A stretch of 63,398 bases of DNA, the filler included, from Lenisia limosa (Eukaryota; Protista; Breviatea), in NCBI GenBank assembly GCA_001655205.1. It is 8 parts of 8 records of this genome, joined end to end, with 100 filler letters (N's around TTAATTAATTAA, not from the genome) between each part and the next. Parts side by side here need not be neighbours in the genome. Positions count along the whole stretch, not along the records: positions 12,669 to 20,417 come from LPNZ01007267.1; positions 20,518 to 33,147 come from LPNZ01004958.1; 6 more parts are not named here. One strand, written 5' to 3'. The notes under the pieces were generated by a model that had not been told where the DNA came from, searched no databases, and saw only the letters and a program-made list of their open reading frames with translations. Positions 12,962 through 25,429 of the stretch are shown piece after piece. Made by a program: the position numbers and the translations under genes. Position 1 is the first letter of the stretch; each line of letters opens with the position of its first letter.

Positions 12962-15900
12962 GTGAGTTTTTTTTTTTTTTTTTTTNNNNNNNNNNNNNNN
13001 NNNNNNNNNNNNNNNNNNNNNNNNNNNNNNNNNNNNNNNNNNNNNNNNNNNNNNNNNNNNNNNNNNNNNNNNNNNNNNNNNNNNNNNNNNNNNNNNNNNN
13101 NNNNNNNNNNNNNNNNNNNNNNNNNNNNNNNNNNNNNNNNNNNNNNNNNNNNNNNNTTTATATTAGCAATAGTAGCTGCTATTACACAATATACAATTTC
13201 ATAATATTTACATCAACCTGTGGCCTCACCATATGGTGTGTGTGTTTTTTTTTTGCTAATTGGTACCCCAATGTGTGAATACTTGCTATCTTAAAATCCT
13301 CTCCATCCTGACCCTTTCTGAAATACCTGCAAGAGAATCTCAATTCTTGAGACATTCTTTTGAGAACAAGAATGTAAATGCATCAATGAATTGAGGAAGA
13401 AAAGAAAAATACAGAATAAACATCGATATTTTACCAAAATAATCACCTGACCCCTTCCAGAAAGACCAGCAGGAAATCGATGTTCGACACAAAGTCAACG
13501 TGCTTGGCGCAGATAATTGCGCGAAGGCTAAACGGTGAGTGCTGGGTTATGGTGGTGGTTTGTGGGCGGACGGTTGATTAGATCACCAGATCAGCTTTCA
13601 TGAAATACAAAAAAACATTTAAAAAATGTATTTCCTTTGTTGGACGGCTTCGGCCAGATACTATAATCCAATATCTCTTATAAGCGTGATGGTNNNNNNN
13701 NNNNNNNNNNNNNNNNNNNNNNNNNNNNNNNNNNNNNNNNNNNNNNNNNNNNNNNNNNNNNNNNNNNNNNCTTATATTTGATCCCCATCCCCCAGGTTTG
13801 GTGATGGCAATTTCCAGAACCAGGCGTTCCAGAGCCTTTCCGACCGAAATGCCATGAATAATGATGACTAGATGGGGAGAGTGCTGTTTAGAGGGAATAT
13901 GTTGATGACGGTCAGGACGTTCTTTGTGTTAGGGGGAAGGTGAATGCTTGTAGGTAATAATATTGATAGATTTTTTTGATTTGAATGTATATTATTGTAA
14001 CATGCTTTTGGATGGAGAGAAGAGGCCCATATCACTATATCTTTCCGGAAAGGGTCTATAGATTTGTTCGGACCCATCTACATTTTTACCTCCGCAGAGA
14101 GCCGATAACATTAAATCGTAAGGAGGTAGAACTTCCCTTTCGGTCCAAAGCAGACTAAATATTGTTCTCTTTAAACCAACAGTGAAATAGTTTAAAGTGT
14201 CACATCCCCCATGGCTTTGAGCTACCTTAAGCTGAAGTGATAAACAATTCATCCCATTTCCCTATGTTATACTGCATTTTTAAACAAAACCCCAAAAACG
14301 AATGTAATATATTTTAAATTGAAAAGAGCACTCGAATGGAAAAATGACCCCCTTCAAGTGCAGATATTTCTATTACATAGTATATAAAAAAAAACTAATT
14401 AGCTCAATGTCAGCGAGCCGCCTCTTGGGATCTGAAAAATAAGATTTGGGGAATGTTGTATATCATATGATATATTATATAAATATGTGTATTACCTGTA
14501 ATATATAGTAATAAACAACAAGGTTGTATCTGGCAAAGCTCTCCACACCATGCTAATAAGTAATATTGAATTATAGTTTCAATTTTGAGATAAACAGCAG
14601 CCCTTTATTGGCTTGAAGAACGAAAATCAGGGGTGACAGAGTGATCGAGAAATTTTAAAGATCGGGTGACAGTTTTCTCAATTCTCTATATGGGCTGACC
14701 CCGTCCTTCTTGTTTATTATATTAGTTTTGTACTCAATTGGGATTAGTAGTTCATTTTCCTAGGCCTCCGTGCAATTATGGAAAATTAATTGCACATAGT
14801 AAAGTGGACATTGTAAAATATACTGTATTACAGATTCTTAAATTTCATTGTGTAGTATTCCATTAATTCCCCTGGATTACATAGAAAATAGCCAAAAGAG
14901 CTTAATCTGAGACTCAAGGTTCGCTTTTTGTCTGTCTGTTACGTTCCATATGCTGAAAAGTCATTTCCTGTTGTAACCACAAGGGTAGGCTTATCCCAGA
15001 ATTAGAGCTCTAAACTTCCAAAATTTTTAAATCTGGGCAAAGGTTTGACTCCGATAAAGTTCCTACTGCGTTTTGATGATATGAGGCACCATCATGAAAA
15101 GTCATCCTCGCTGTACTTGAAGAAATCAGGTATCTTCCTGGCTTTATCTATAATGTGTAAGACATCTCAGCAACGACAGAAGAAATGATGATAGTGATGT
15201 GCATAATTCAGAGAAAGTGATGGGCATTATTCAGAGATAGTGATGTGAGTATCATATCAAGGAAGAAATGATGATAGTGGGAGATTAAAGATAGTATATT
15301 TTTCAAGAGCAGCAAAAAAAGACTTCCTTTCACCTACCACCCACAGTTTCTGAGCATTTCTTCGATTTCTTGGAGGAGGTTTCATTGGGGAAGAAAAGGG
15401 TTCTGAATAGTAAAAAAAAAACAACATTATAATATATGATATACATCTAATATATTTATATATATTCCAATATCTCTTATAAGCGTGANNNNNNNNNNNN
15501 NNNNNNNNNNNNNNNNNNNNNNNNNNNNNNATAAAAATTTATTCTTGCGCCTTAAATACTGTAAAACAGAAATAGAACGAAAAAGAACAAAAACAATCAT
15601 AATGGCATTTTCATAAAACAAGTGATTCACAGTTTTGTCCCGTGATTCATGTTTTGTCTATATCTTTATATATTCACAAACTGGGAGGTGGTTAACAATT
15701 ATTGCAATCAAGCTGACAACTGTGATCTAGGCCTACCAGAAAGAACCTCATGGGTAAATACTACCAAACACTGACAAAAAGTCTAAACAGACGACATCTA
15801 AAGATGGTTAAGGGCTCTTCAGCTTGATGAAAATCTGCTACAGATCAGAGTAAAGAGACATCGAGAGAAAAAGGTCATTAGAGCAATAGGTTCCATAAAT

Positions 15901-16459
15901 CCGACATTCATTGTCTATTCGTTAATTAAATGCAATTTAAAACCAAGAAGCGACATAAATGCCCCAAAGGGAAGTGAAAAATGGTCAAACTAACTGTGTA
16001 AGTTACTTTCTCTGTTGCAGCTGCTATAAGCAATCTACAATAACGTAATTATTCATAAAATCTGCCTCAAGAATACTCACTGAAGCTCACTGAAAGCTGA
16101 AAGACAGGTTCCCTGGAAGGCAATTGGTAATCAAAAGTAATCAATAATATATTGTTTTTTTTTTCAAAAAAACAAAAACACAAAATATATCATATCATCC
16201 CAAAGTCAAATCTTAATTCCTGCCTCTTTTCCAATAGTTTCGTTTAGTTCAGTGCACGCAGCTATTGGTATCAACCGTAAAGACCCTCAATCCCCCTAGC
16301 TCAAGGGTAGCTTGTCAGTACCATCATGGTTGAATCCCCAATGGACGTGGGTGCTCATTTCATCACATAAACTACCTTGATTACTAAATCGTGACATGTT
16401 TATTCGTCGATACTTACCCCATTTTAATTCCTCATCTACATATTGTCTGATTTGTTGTA

Positions 16460-19400
16460 GCGAAAAAGGCCCCGGGAAGATGAAGATTTCAAGGACACCC
16501 CAACTAAGGAAGCGTCAGACCAGGTTAGTCTTCCCATTACATCCCTCTTTTCTTTCGTGTGTGTGTTTTGTGTGCTAAATGGGTGTGGTGTTGCTTTACT
16601 TTCTTGCGTGCTTTGTATTATTGAATATCCAGTTGAGTAGCATTCGCCGCATTAGTATTGCGTCTTCCCACATGCTACCACAGCATAAATGCCACTATGA
16701 CCAGAAAAAACATATCAGTCTTTTCTTGGCTGCTTTTAACGTATTAAGGTTAAGAAGGATCGGCTGGCTAGACTTAAGATGATGCGAGAGAAGAGGAAGA
16801 AAGAAGACGAGACTAACACCTACCTTGTTGAGAAGTCAAAGAACGAAGAATCACAGCGCAAACTTCGGATGATGATTGCAGAAAAGGAGAAGAAGCAGGC
16901 GGCTCTCGTGTCAGGACCCCCGCTGCCTAACAATGACGAAAAGAGGGAACTGGTTGATAGGCTCGAGAGAGAGAAGAAGCGCAAGGTTGAAGAGAATAAA
17001 CGCCATGCTGAGCTTAAGAAAATCAGAATGCAGCAGGAGAAGAAGGCGAAGATCACCAGCGAGAAGCCGTTGCCAGCTCCGCGTTACAACTTCCAGCCCA
17101 AGAACACTTCAGTGCCTCCAATGATGCCATCAACGTTTTCAGCCGCAGCACCAAAGAAAACATCGTTGTCTCTCTCGAAAGGAAGCACCGTTAAGGTTAG
17201 TGGCTAGAGATCTTTGACAACAGCTTCTCTCTTCGTTGTTCTTCCCCTTCTAATTCCCATCTAGCTCCATCCAACAGAAGAAAGCGCCATTCCAGAGGTT
17301 GGTTCAGGCTCTTTTGGCAGATCACTCGCAATCGTTAAACGTACCTCTCATTACCCAAAATGATCATGTTAAATGGGAGGATAGTTTATGCTAATCATGT
17401 CGAATCCTGTGGGATTATATCTTGTTTGTTAATATGATATTTCTGGCCCTATTATATTTCTTTAATATGTTCTCAATGTGTCGGTTTACCAAGGGTTTCA
17501 TTTTGATGAGATGCTAGTAGCTGTTATGGGTAGAGCTTCACTTTCGGTTCCAAAAAAAGACTAAATTCTCGATAAATCCTAGATAAATATCGATATTTTA
17601 CATGCTTGTTGGAAACGAAGGTGGAACTTGTGTGGGCAATGTTATTTTTTTGATATTATTTGTGAAGGGATAACACACACCATCATATCAGAAGATCACA
17701 CTACCAGAAATTGTCATGTTTTATATCTTAATTTTTATCTTTTTAAAGCAGGCAGATAAACCATAGAAACCTCAGACATTGTGTAAGGATTTTTCTTGGA
17801 TTTGGTGTTCAGTTTTTGGCAATGTGTGATGAATCTGGTTTAGAATACTGTATGAATATGTTGATCTTTTATTCTTTTCATCTTTTCCATCTTCTTATCT
17901 TTTTAATATTTTCTTTTTTATGATCAAAAACAAAAATAGTGTACATTTAATACGTATCTAGGGAAATCAATACACACTTATAAAGCTACCGTAAAACAAA
18001 ATATCATACATTCTTTTCAATGATTTCATCTTTTCAATGATTTCATCTTTTCAGGTCCAAACAGCAACATCATTTACCTCTCGCAAGAAGGGATTCACGT
18101 TCGGATTTGCCAAGTCTGTATGCTGGGGGTATTGATGCTCTGTATGCTGGGTGGAGTGGTGGCAATGAATATATTATTTTCGCGTGTGAGGTTTTTCTGA
18201 TGTTGCGTGTTGCTTCTATGGTTCCGAGAAATCTAGTCTTTTTTCGAACCGAAGTGAAGCCTTAGTTGCTTTGGAGTCAGATTATTCGGTGTTTACGCCA
18301 ATTCTTCATTAATATTCTTTTGTTTCACCCCCCCCCCCCAGGGNNNNNNNNNNNNNNNNNNNNNNNNNNNNNNNNNNNNNNNNNNNNNNNNNNNNNNNNN
18401 NNNNNNNNNNNNNNNNNNNNNNNNNNNCGGCAAAGGTTGGTTTCCAGCTTTTCTTTTGGTTTTCATATATTCTCGAAATTTTTACTCGTCTTTTGGACCA
18501 GCATTCTTTGGGATTTCTTTTTTTTACACACTGTTGTTGTTGTTTCATAAATTTACAGTTTTACGCCAACAGAGTTGATTTGGGGCTTTTTAATTCCATG
18601 AGTTTCCTTCGTTTTACTCCCCCCCCCCCCNNNNNNNNNNTACTGGTAAAATATCGATACTTTTCGAGGATTTGTCGAGAATGTCAGTCTTTTTTCGAAC
18701 CGAAGTGAAGTATTAGGTGCATATCGTGCTAGATTTGTTGTTGACGGTTGTGCTGTGTGTTTTCTTGTATTCCTTTATATACAGTGACAGGGATAAGTCT
18801 TGACCAATTTGCATGATTTCCCAATGAAAATCGGTCAAGACTTCGATATTGTGTTTGTTTGTTTTTCCGTTCTCTCATTTTTCAGTTTTATGACAGATGT
18901 TGAGGCTACAGTTCAGAAAATCAAAACAGAGAAGAAGGTAAACTGGTTAAAGCTTGTTTAAACAGCATATTGATGATGATGCTAATGATGCTGACGATGA
19001 TAATGGTGGTGGTGGTGGTGATGATGATGGTTTTGATTAGGTGTTGATGGTAATGATGATGATGATGTTGGTGATAATGATGATGTTGATGATAGTGTTG
19101 ATGATGATAATGGTGTATCATTTAGACATACAGTGTATACCTATATTAAAGTGACCGGGATAAGTCCTGACCGATTTACTCAATAATTTCCCATGAAAAT
19201 CTGTCAAGACTATCCTGGTCACTGTATATCATATATCGATACACATAGTACATTCTACACATATATCATATGTAGTATAAATGGTATGTACTTACACCTC
19301 CCCCCCAGGGCACCAAGGTCATTCTTGATGATGACGAGCCGTTCGGAGCCGAGGAGAACTTTCCGGATGAATTCAAAGCCGTCAAGAAGGAAATCGAGTT
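16460..19400 (+). CDS. Multi-exon gene for a Lys/Glu/Arg-rich (coiled-coil) protein of unknown function; may be more than one gene
   Basis: Exons RKRPREDEDFKDTPTKEASDQ (16460-16520), the long charged exon in ORF 16779-17207, SIQQKKAPFQRLVQALLADH (17265-17340), and in-phase FMTDVEATVQKIKTEKK|GTKVILDDDEPFGAEENFPDEFKAVKKEI (18890-18940 / 19309-19400). Confidence 0.5.
18963..19112. repeat. Degenerate (ATG/GTG)n trinucleotide microsatellite in an intron
   Basis: Runs of gatgatgat and ggtggtggt lie between the exons at 18940 and 19309. Confidence 0.85.
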
Positions 19401-20739
19401 GGGGGGGGGGGGNNNNNNNNNNNNNNNNNNNNNNNNNNNNNNNNNNNNNNNNNNNNNNNNNNNNNNNNNNNNNNNNNNNNNNNNNNNNNNNNNNNNNNNN
19501 NNNNNNNNNNNNNNNNNNNNNNNNNNNNNNNNTATAACGTAAAATAGCTGCAGGTTATAGTTAGCTCTTCAGTCGCTGCCTCTGACGGATATATGTGGAG
19601 CTTCACTTCGGTTAAAAAAAGACTGGTAAAATATCGATAGTTTTCGAGAAATTAAGTCTTTCTTCGAACCGGAAGTGAAGCCCTTCTTGATATACATATA
19701 ATTCAGTAGAAAGGGGGTTATTCAAACTTTGCAAATGAATGCACACCGAAAAACTAATCGTTTAGTCTCTCAGTCCAACTCATGTCTCTTGGAAAAGTCA
19801 AAAATATCCCTTCTGTAGGGGGGGGGGGTAACCATTGCTCTGTGACAAGGGCTNNNNNNNNNNNNNNNNNNNNNNNNNNNNNNNNNNNNNNNNNNNNNNN
19901 NNNNNNNNNNNNNNNNNNNNNNNNNNNNNNNNNNNNNAAAAGACTGAAATATTATCGAAAGTTTTCGTTTATCGAGAAATTCAGACTTTTTTTGAACCGA
20001 AGTGAAGCGCTCTCTGTCACTTTTTGGGATACGATATAATACACTTAAATTAAATTCAGTTGAGGGAGATAAAACAAAATATACATGTATGTAATGTAGG
20101 GAGGGCTTCACTACAGTCCCAAAAAAAAAAATTGCATTTCTAGATTAATCCTCGATTTGTAGTATGTGCATATATCGAAATTTCTCCATTCTTTCTTCGT
20201 TCTTTTTCGGATCGTAAGAAATTTCTCTACATAAAGTTCTCGATAATTCCATGATATTTACAAACACTGACTGGGATACCTATTTTCCTTGGGAATTTTC
20301 AAAGCAAATCGGTGAAGACTGATCCCAGTCACTGTAATTCGGAATTTCTCCGGTCTTTTTGGGATCGTAGGTAAGCCCTATACAAAAATAATCATATACA
20401 CACAATAGAATATTACCNNNNNNNNNNNNNNNNNNNNNNNNNNNNNNNNNNNNNNNNNNNNTTAATTAATTAANNNNNNNNNNNNNNNNNNNNNNNNNNN
20501 NNNNNNNNNNNNNNNNNGGGTGAATGTGGGTGAAGGATATTCAAGGATTCCGGGCTTAAATGAAGATTAACGTCTCTATACACCACCCATTGCCTTAAAA
20601 AAACAGCAATTTCATATCTAGGGCTTCCCTAAAGTCCAAAAAAGACCAATGAAATATCGAAAGTTTTCGAAGATTTATTGAAAAATGCATCATTTTTTTC
20701 AGAACAAAATGAAGCCAGCCAGAACTTCTCATACCAAAA

Positions 20740-22210
20740 TAGATAGAGCACGCATCTCCCGCCTGGTTGTAATACGGTGGCGTACAGATAGCCGGGATCG
20801 TGGTGGTTGGTCTTGCATACTCAAACTGCTCAATTAGAAATATGGTAGAACAGGTTTAATGTTCAAATAGAATGGTATAAAGGCTAAATTGCTCATAAGA
20901 ATGATAAGCAAAAATAGATGTATCATATGTATAAAACATCATAGTATATATCATATGATATGTAATTGCTCAACTAGAATGTCTGTGAACTCCCACCCCG
21001 CCCAACATACCGAAATACCGACTTTCTGATGAACCCAGGTTGTGGGACTCAAGCTGAGAGGTAAGACTATAAAGATCCCAATTTGGAGTGTAACAGTGAC
21101 AAGTCATCTTCATAGCTCGTGTGATGTTGGGATTATTGAACAAACAAACATAATATTCAAATAGTTATTGTGGGTGGTAAGGAAAACGGTTATTTTTGTG
21201 GTAACGTATGATGGATGTGTTGTTTGTGGTGTAGTAAGATTGCCTTCATTTACATGTAATTGTTCTCAAAAAAAGCCAATTTTGAAAATATTGAACGCGA
21301 AGGAACCTGGAAGCCTTTTGGATACAGACAATAAATGAATAAGGAGGACTTCCCTTCCAGGAAGTCTATGAGACAGTGGAACAATATTCAATAATTTTCA
21401 GCTCCTTGCACCGAAAGAAAACCTACCTCATACCAAAAAATCTTGATATACGTTGTGCTATCAAGGTAAAGGAAAAGCGGATTCACTGAGCAAGACTGTG
21501 CAAATAAGCAGGAATAGAAACCATATCAAATAGCGGTAAGACAGAACAAATGTTTAAAAAATTATCATACTATAACGAAACAGTACTCATACAACACACA
21601 TATGATATCACCATATGATGATTTTGAAGGCTCACTAGCCTACACCAGGGTAGGTAGTCTGGGTATCCTGAAGCAGCTTGCCCAGGGGCGTGGAGTCGCC
21701 AACGGTTTGTGTGTTATTGTAGTATTTCACAGTCACGTCATCAGCTGCTTAGGTTAGTATGGCTACGACCCGACACCGTCCCTACCATCTTATTAGAGAT
21801 AGTGCATAATAGTACCATACATTCACCCAATCATTTTCCTTACAACTCCATCCACACTATGAGAATTGTTCAAGTCAGCGGAATCCCAGTTTTGCTTGCA
21901 CTTCTACGAATTCCATTTTCTTCATCACGAGTTCCATTCCCCTCGCCCAATCTCGCGGATGAGGTTTATGGTATCTAGGGCTTCCCTACGGTCCCCAAAA
22001 AGTCCGAATCTCTCGATAAATCCTTGATAAATAATTCGGACCGCAGGGAAGCCCTAATGGTATCCCAATGAATACTGTTCTGCCGCCTCTTCTAAAACGA
22101 CCCACCAGTGGTCACCGAATAGGTGTCAACGAGGTCCACAAGATAGAAAGCAGCTGGAATGTACAGGGCGTCTAAGCGGTCAACCTTGGGATCTAATACA
22201 TGATATGATA
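20740..22210 (-). CDS. Multi-exon gene, unknown (probably extracellular) protein; partial
   Basis: Exons with strong branch and acceptor signals (tactaacctaag, ttctaattgagcag): DPKVDRLDALYIPAAFYLVDLVDTY, ADDVTVKYYNNTQTVGDSTPLGKLLQD, and in-phase LSPTTWVHQKVGIS|FEYARPTTTIPAICTPPYYNQAGDACSIYF. Confidence 0.5.
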
Positions 22211-22280
22211 TGTACATATGATACTATAATTATAATATAGAGCAAATGAAATAATATGTAGTCTCATACCATTTTCCACG

Positions 22281-22420
22281 CAGTGATATGATACCTCATA
22301 TCCACTCGTATGATAATTGACCGACTAGTCTCAATGATACTCTAATACACTGGATGAACCCTCTTATTATCTTCTTTCATCATTTCGACTCGAAAGTCGG
22401 TCATATGATCATATCACTAG
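22281..22420. mobile_element. ~135-bp TIR element (CAGTGATATGAT...ATCATATCACT); inverted copy at 62348-62477 and partial copy at ~52985-53060
   Basis: The reverse complement of 62348-62477 aligns by eye over its whole length with 22281-22420; both have short terminal inverted repeats. Confidence 0.7.
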
Positions 22421-23499
22421 TGATATGGGTTAACATATATGTTATTAAGAAAATGAGGCATCATACCCCCCCGTTAATAGTGTTTGTTATCTTGGTTTTA
22501 TTGGTGTTTTTTTGTTCAGATTATCGGCTCGCTTTATGCCAATATTCTTAATCGAAATTTCCTTCGTTTTACCCCCCCCCCCTATAACCTACCAGTATAT
22601 GACGTGTAACTGGCAGTCCAGAATTCTGTTGGCGGGTTGGGAGAAAGAGAGGGGTTGAACCCCCAGATCCTAAAAAGTTAAATGACAGTACCCCCCAACC
22701 AACTTCCTCCATTCCAACCCACACCCCCAACCAACTTAATATAACTTCGTCCATCCCTCTGGACACAAGAAGCTGGTGTCTCCTGGGGAGTTAAAGCAAA
22801 AGTTGTCTCAGTCGAGGATCCACTTCAAATCAAGTAATAGGGAATCCATCCCCCCTCCTACCACTCCGCCCAACTCCAACGTAACCTCGCCAGTCATTCC
22901 TCGTTCAAAGGCCTCACTGCAGTTCTTGGGCGGTGCTGAAGGAATTAATAGCCGTAGTTGTCGAGTTTTTTGTTTGTTTTAGGGTATCCAGAATAGCTCT
23001 AGTTTTTTTTCGCATTCCTGGATAATATTCATTGAATATAATGTATTTGTATTACATATTTTCTTTCTGAAACTATTTTCATGCGCACTTTCCAAGAACT
23101 TCTTCACCTTCGTTTCTAAAAACGTGCAAATTATCGATATTGAAAATACAGCTGATATATCAGGAATAAGATATACTAGCTCATTTCCTTGACTTCTTGT
23201 ACGTGTAGTGACTGATTAGAAGAGCTTCTAATATGCAAGAATGCTCCTGTTGCGAATAATGCTATGGTTTTTGCACAGATGTAAAGATGAGAAACACAAA
23301 TATGTTGTGTTTGGCCGAAGCCATCCAGTCACGTGACACCACAGGAAACTTACGGAGGGCAGAGTTGTAGAGCTTCAGAAGTATCTCCGAGCTCAAGCTC
23401 TGAAGAAAAGTTAAGGTGTAGAATGAGAAAAAGGGATTCAGTCACCTCATAATGGATTTTGTGTTTTTAGTAGAGGCGATTATGTGTGGGGGATTTAAC

Positions 23500-23795
23500 A
23501 CAAGAGGGTAATTGACACAAATGTCAAAAGGTAAATACTGTGAACAGATGAATGGTTACGGGAACCCCACAAATATGCATGTATTGTATCAGTGCACCCC
23601 AATCCCCGTTCCAACAACTTTATGGGTAGATAAAGAATACTTATTGTACACCCTACCCTGCCCACGAATTCCTTCCCATTGTGGGAGAAGTTCAGGGGCC
23701 CGATGCCAATATCGGCCGAATTGCATTCAACTACGCCTGCTGTTGTGATATTCCCGCTGGCTTCGAGGGAGTTAACGACGAGGTCGAGGCCGTAA
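23500..23795 (-). CDS. Exon(s) encoding an IPT/TIG-like (Ig-fold) segment of a surface protein
   Basis: After a cccccccag acceptor the exon reads YGLDLVVNSLEASGNITTAGVVECNSADIGIGPLNFSHNGKEFVG, which resembles the C-terminal strands of IPT/TIG repeats (C.S...V/S.NG..F). Confidence 0.5.
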
Positions 23796-25429
23796 CTGGG
23801 GGGGGGGGTAAATTGGAAAATGTATAAAACAAAAAAAAAGCCTCTGCTGGCGACAACATACGAGCAAAACAAACAAAGCCCAGGCNNNNNNNNNNNNNNN
23901 NNNNNNNNNNNNNNNNNNNNNNNNNNNNNNNNNNNNNNNNNNNNNNNNNNNNNNAGGATTTATCGAGAAATTCAGTCTTTTTTCCGAAGGTTCAACCGGT
24001 TGAAAAAAGACTGAATTTCTCGATAAATCCTCGAAAACTATCGATATTTAACCGCTCTTTTCGAACCGGAGTGAATCCTTACGCATATATTGCCCCTTGC
24101 ATACCTAAGCGTTCCGTCATTCTTAAGAACACTAAAATGTAAGCTGGGAACGAAGAAATGTCCAATCAACCCATATGCCAATAGGACATTTTACTTAATC
24201 TTCACAAAGAGTTTTCAAGATGTTTAAGAACAAGACAGTGCATGAAATAAAATCTAGGAATGAAAACAATACATATGATACGAGATACAAAGAGCAAAGA
24301 ACAAATAGTAAGTAGTATACTACAAATTTAACTTGGTATACCCCAATAAGGCACCTCCTATACTGCAGTCCCAAACATGATGGCGAAGATGGCTTCGGCA
24401 TGATACTTCATCACTATTTCTCCTACAGTGTCCTCCACCCTATTTAGAATGTCCTTCTGTAAGATGCCATCATTATTTCTCCTTCAGTATGCTCTCCTCC
24501 ACCCTATTTAGTGTGTACATAAATTAAACAAGTTTCTTCCCAAGACCCCCCCCCCCCCCNNNNNNNNNNNNNNNNNNNNNNNNNNNNNNNNNNNNNNNNN
24601 NNNNNNNNNNNNNNNNNNNNNNNNNNNNNNNNNNNNNNNNTCAGCGCACTCTGTGACACGCCTCCCTAAACTTCCCAGATCACTTACAGAAGACCCGTGT
24701 GTGACGGGAAGACCGGAAATACCAAAAATCTCAAATTTTCTTGTGACGTCACGACGTCACATATTCTTTGACCCCTCTACTTCCTCACCCTCCATACCTC
24801 CACGCCTCCCCTCTAGCTAATAAAATTATAATAATAAAGAATCTGTATCACTTCAGATAGGGCAGAGCTACTGACCTTGTCGCTTCGCTATTCCCGTATT
24901 CATCCGAGATCCGAGACACATAGCGTTTATTCCGCAGGTGGGGGGAGGGGGGGTGACAGGTGTTGTTGATATCTTGCTATCTTATCTATGATCTCTCCAA
25001 TTATATACGGTTGCTAAAGCTTAGTATCATGTGCGATGATTGGCTGGCCTTGTGATACGTGGATTCACATCAGTGCTCAGCATTCCTCAAATTCCATGCA
25101 TTCCAATCAAAATTAGGATGTAGCAATATGATTATCACAACACTCATATGTGTTCATAGAGCAGTATTATAGTCAATTTAGTAAAGCGTGTTAGTATCAA
25201 AACGATAATCATAAACAGCCAAATCAATCAATTCCATCAATCAAACATCAATCCATCAATCAATTTCCAATCATTAGACAATCCCAATCATATCAGTATT
25301 TCATTTTTACTCTGTAGCTAGCTAGTATATCCTCTGCATCTATATCCCAGACTGGCTTAACTATACATTCAACAGTGATAGCCAGTAGGAAAAAAATGGA
25401 ACAGCATTCTTATTTGGAGATAACCCAAT

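Noticed and set aside
13230-16380. Scattered minus-strand exon-like segments
   Set aside because: They are probably coding, but frames and product could not be resolved.
18921-19121. His-rich ORF MIHHYHHQH...
   Set aside because: It is the translation of an intronic trinucleotide microsatellite on the strand opposite the host gene.
23280-23415. In-frame TGA in apparently coding stretches (also ~29890) as a reassigned stop or selenocysteine
   Set aside because: The first overlaps a repeat remnant and the second has an alternative open frame. Confident genes (PABP, Rab2, BEACH, P4-ATPase) use TGG for Trp and show no in-frame TGA in the exons I read.
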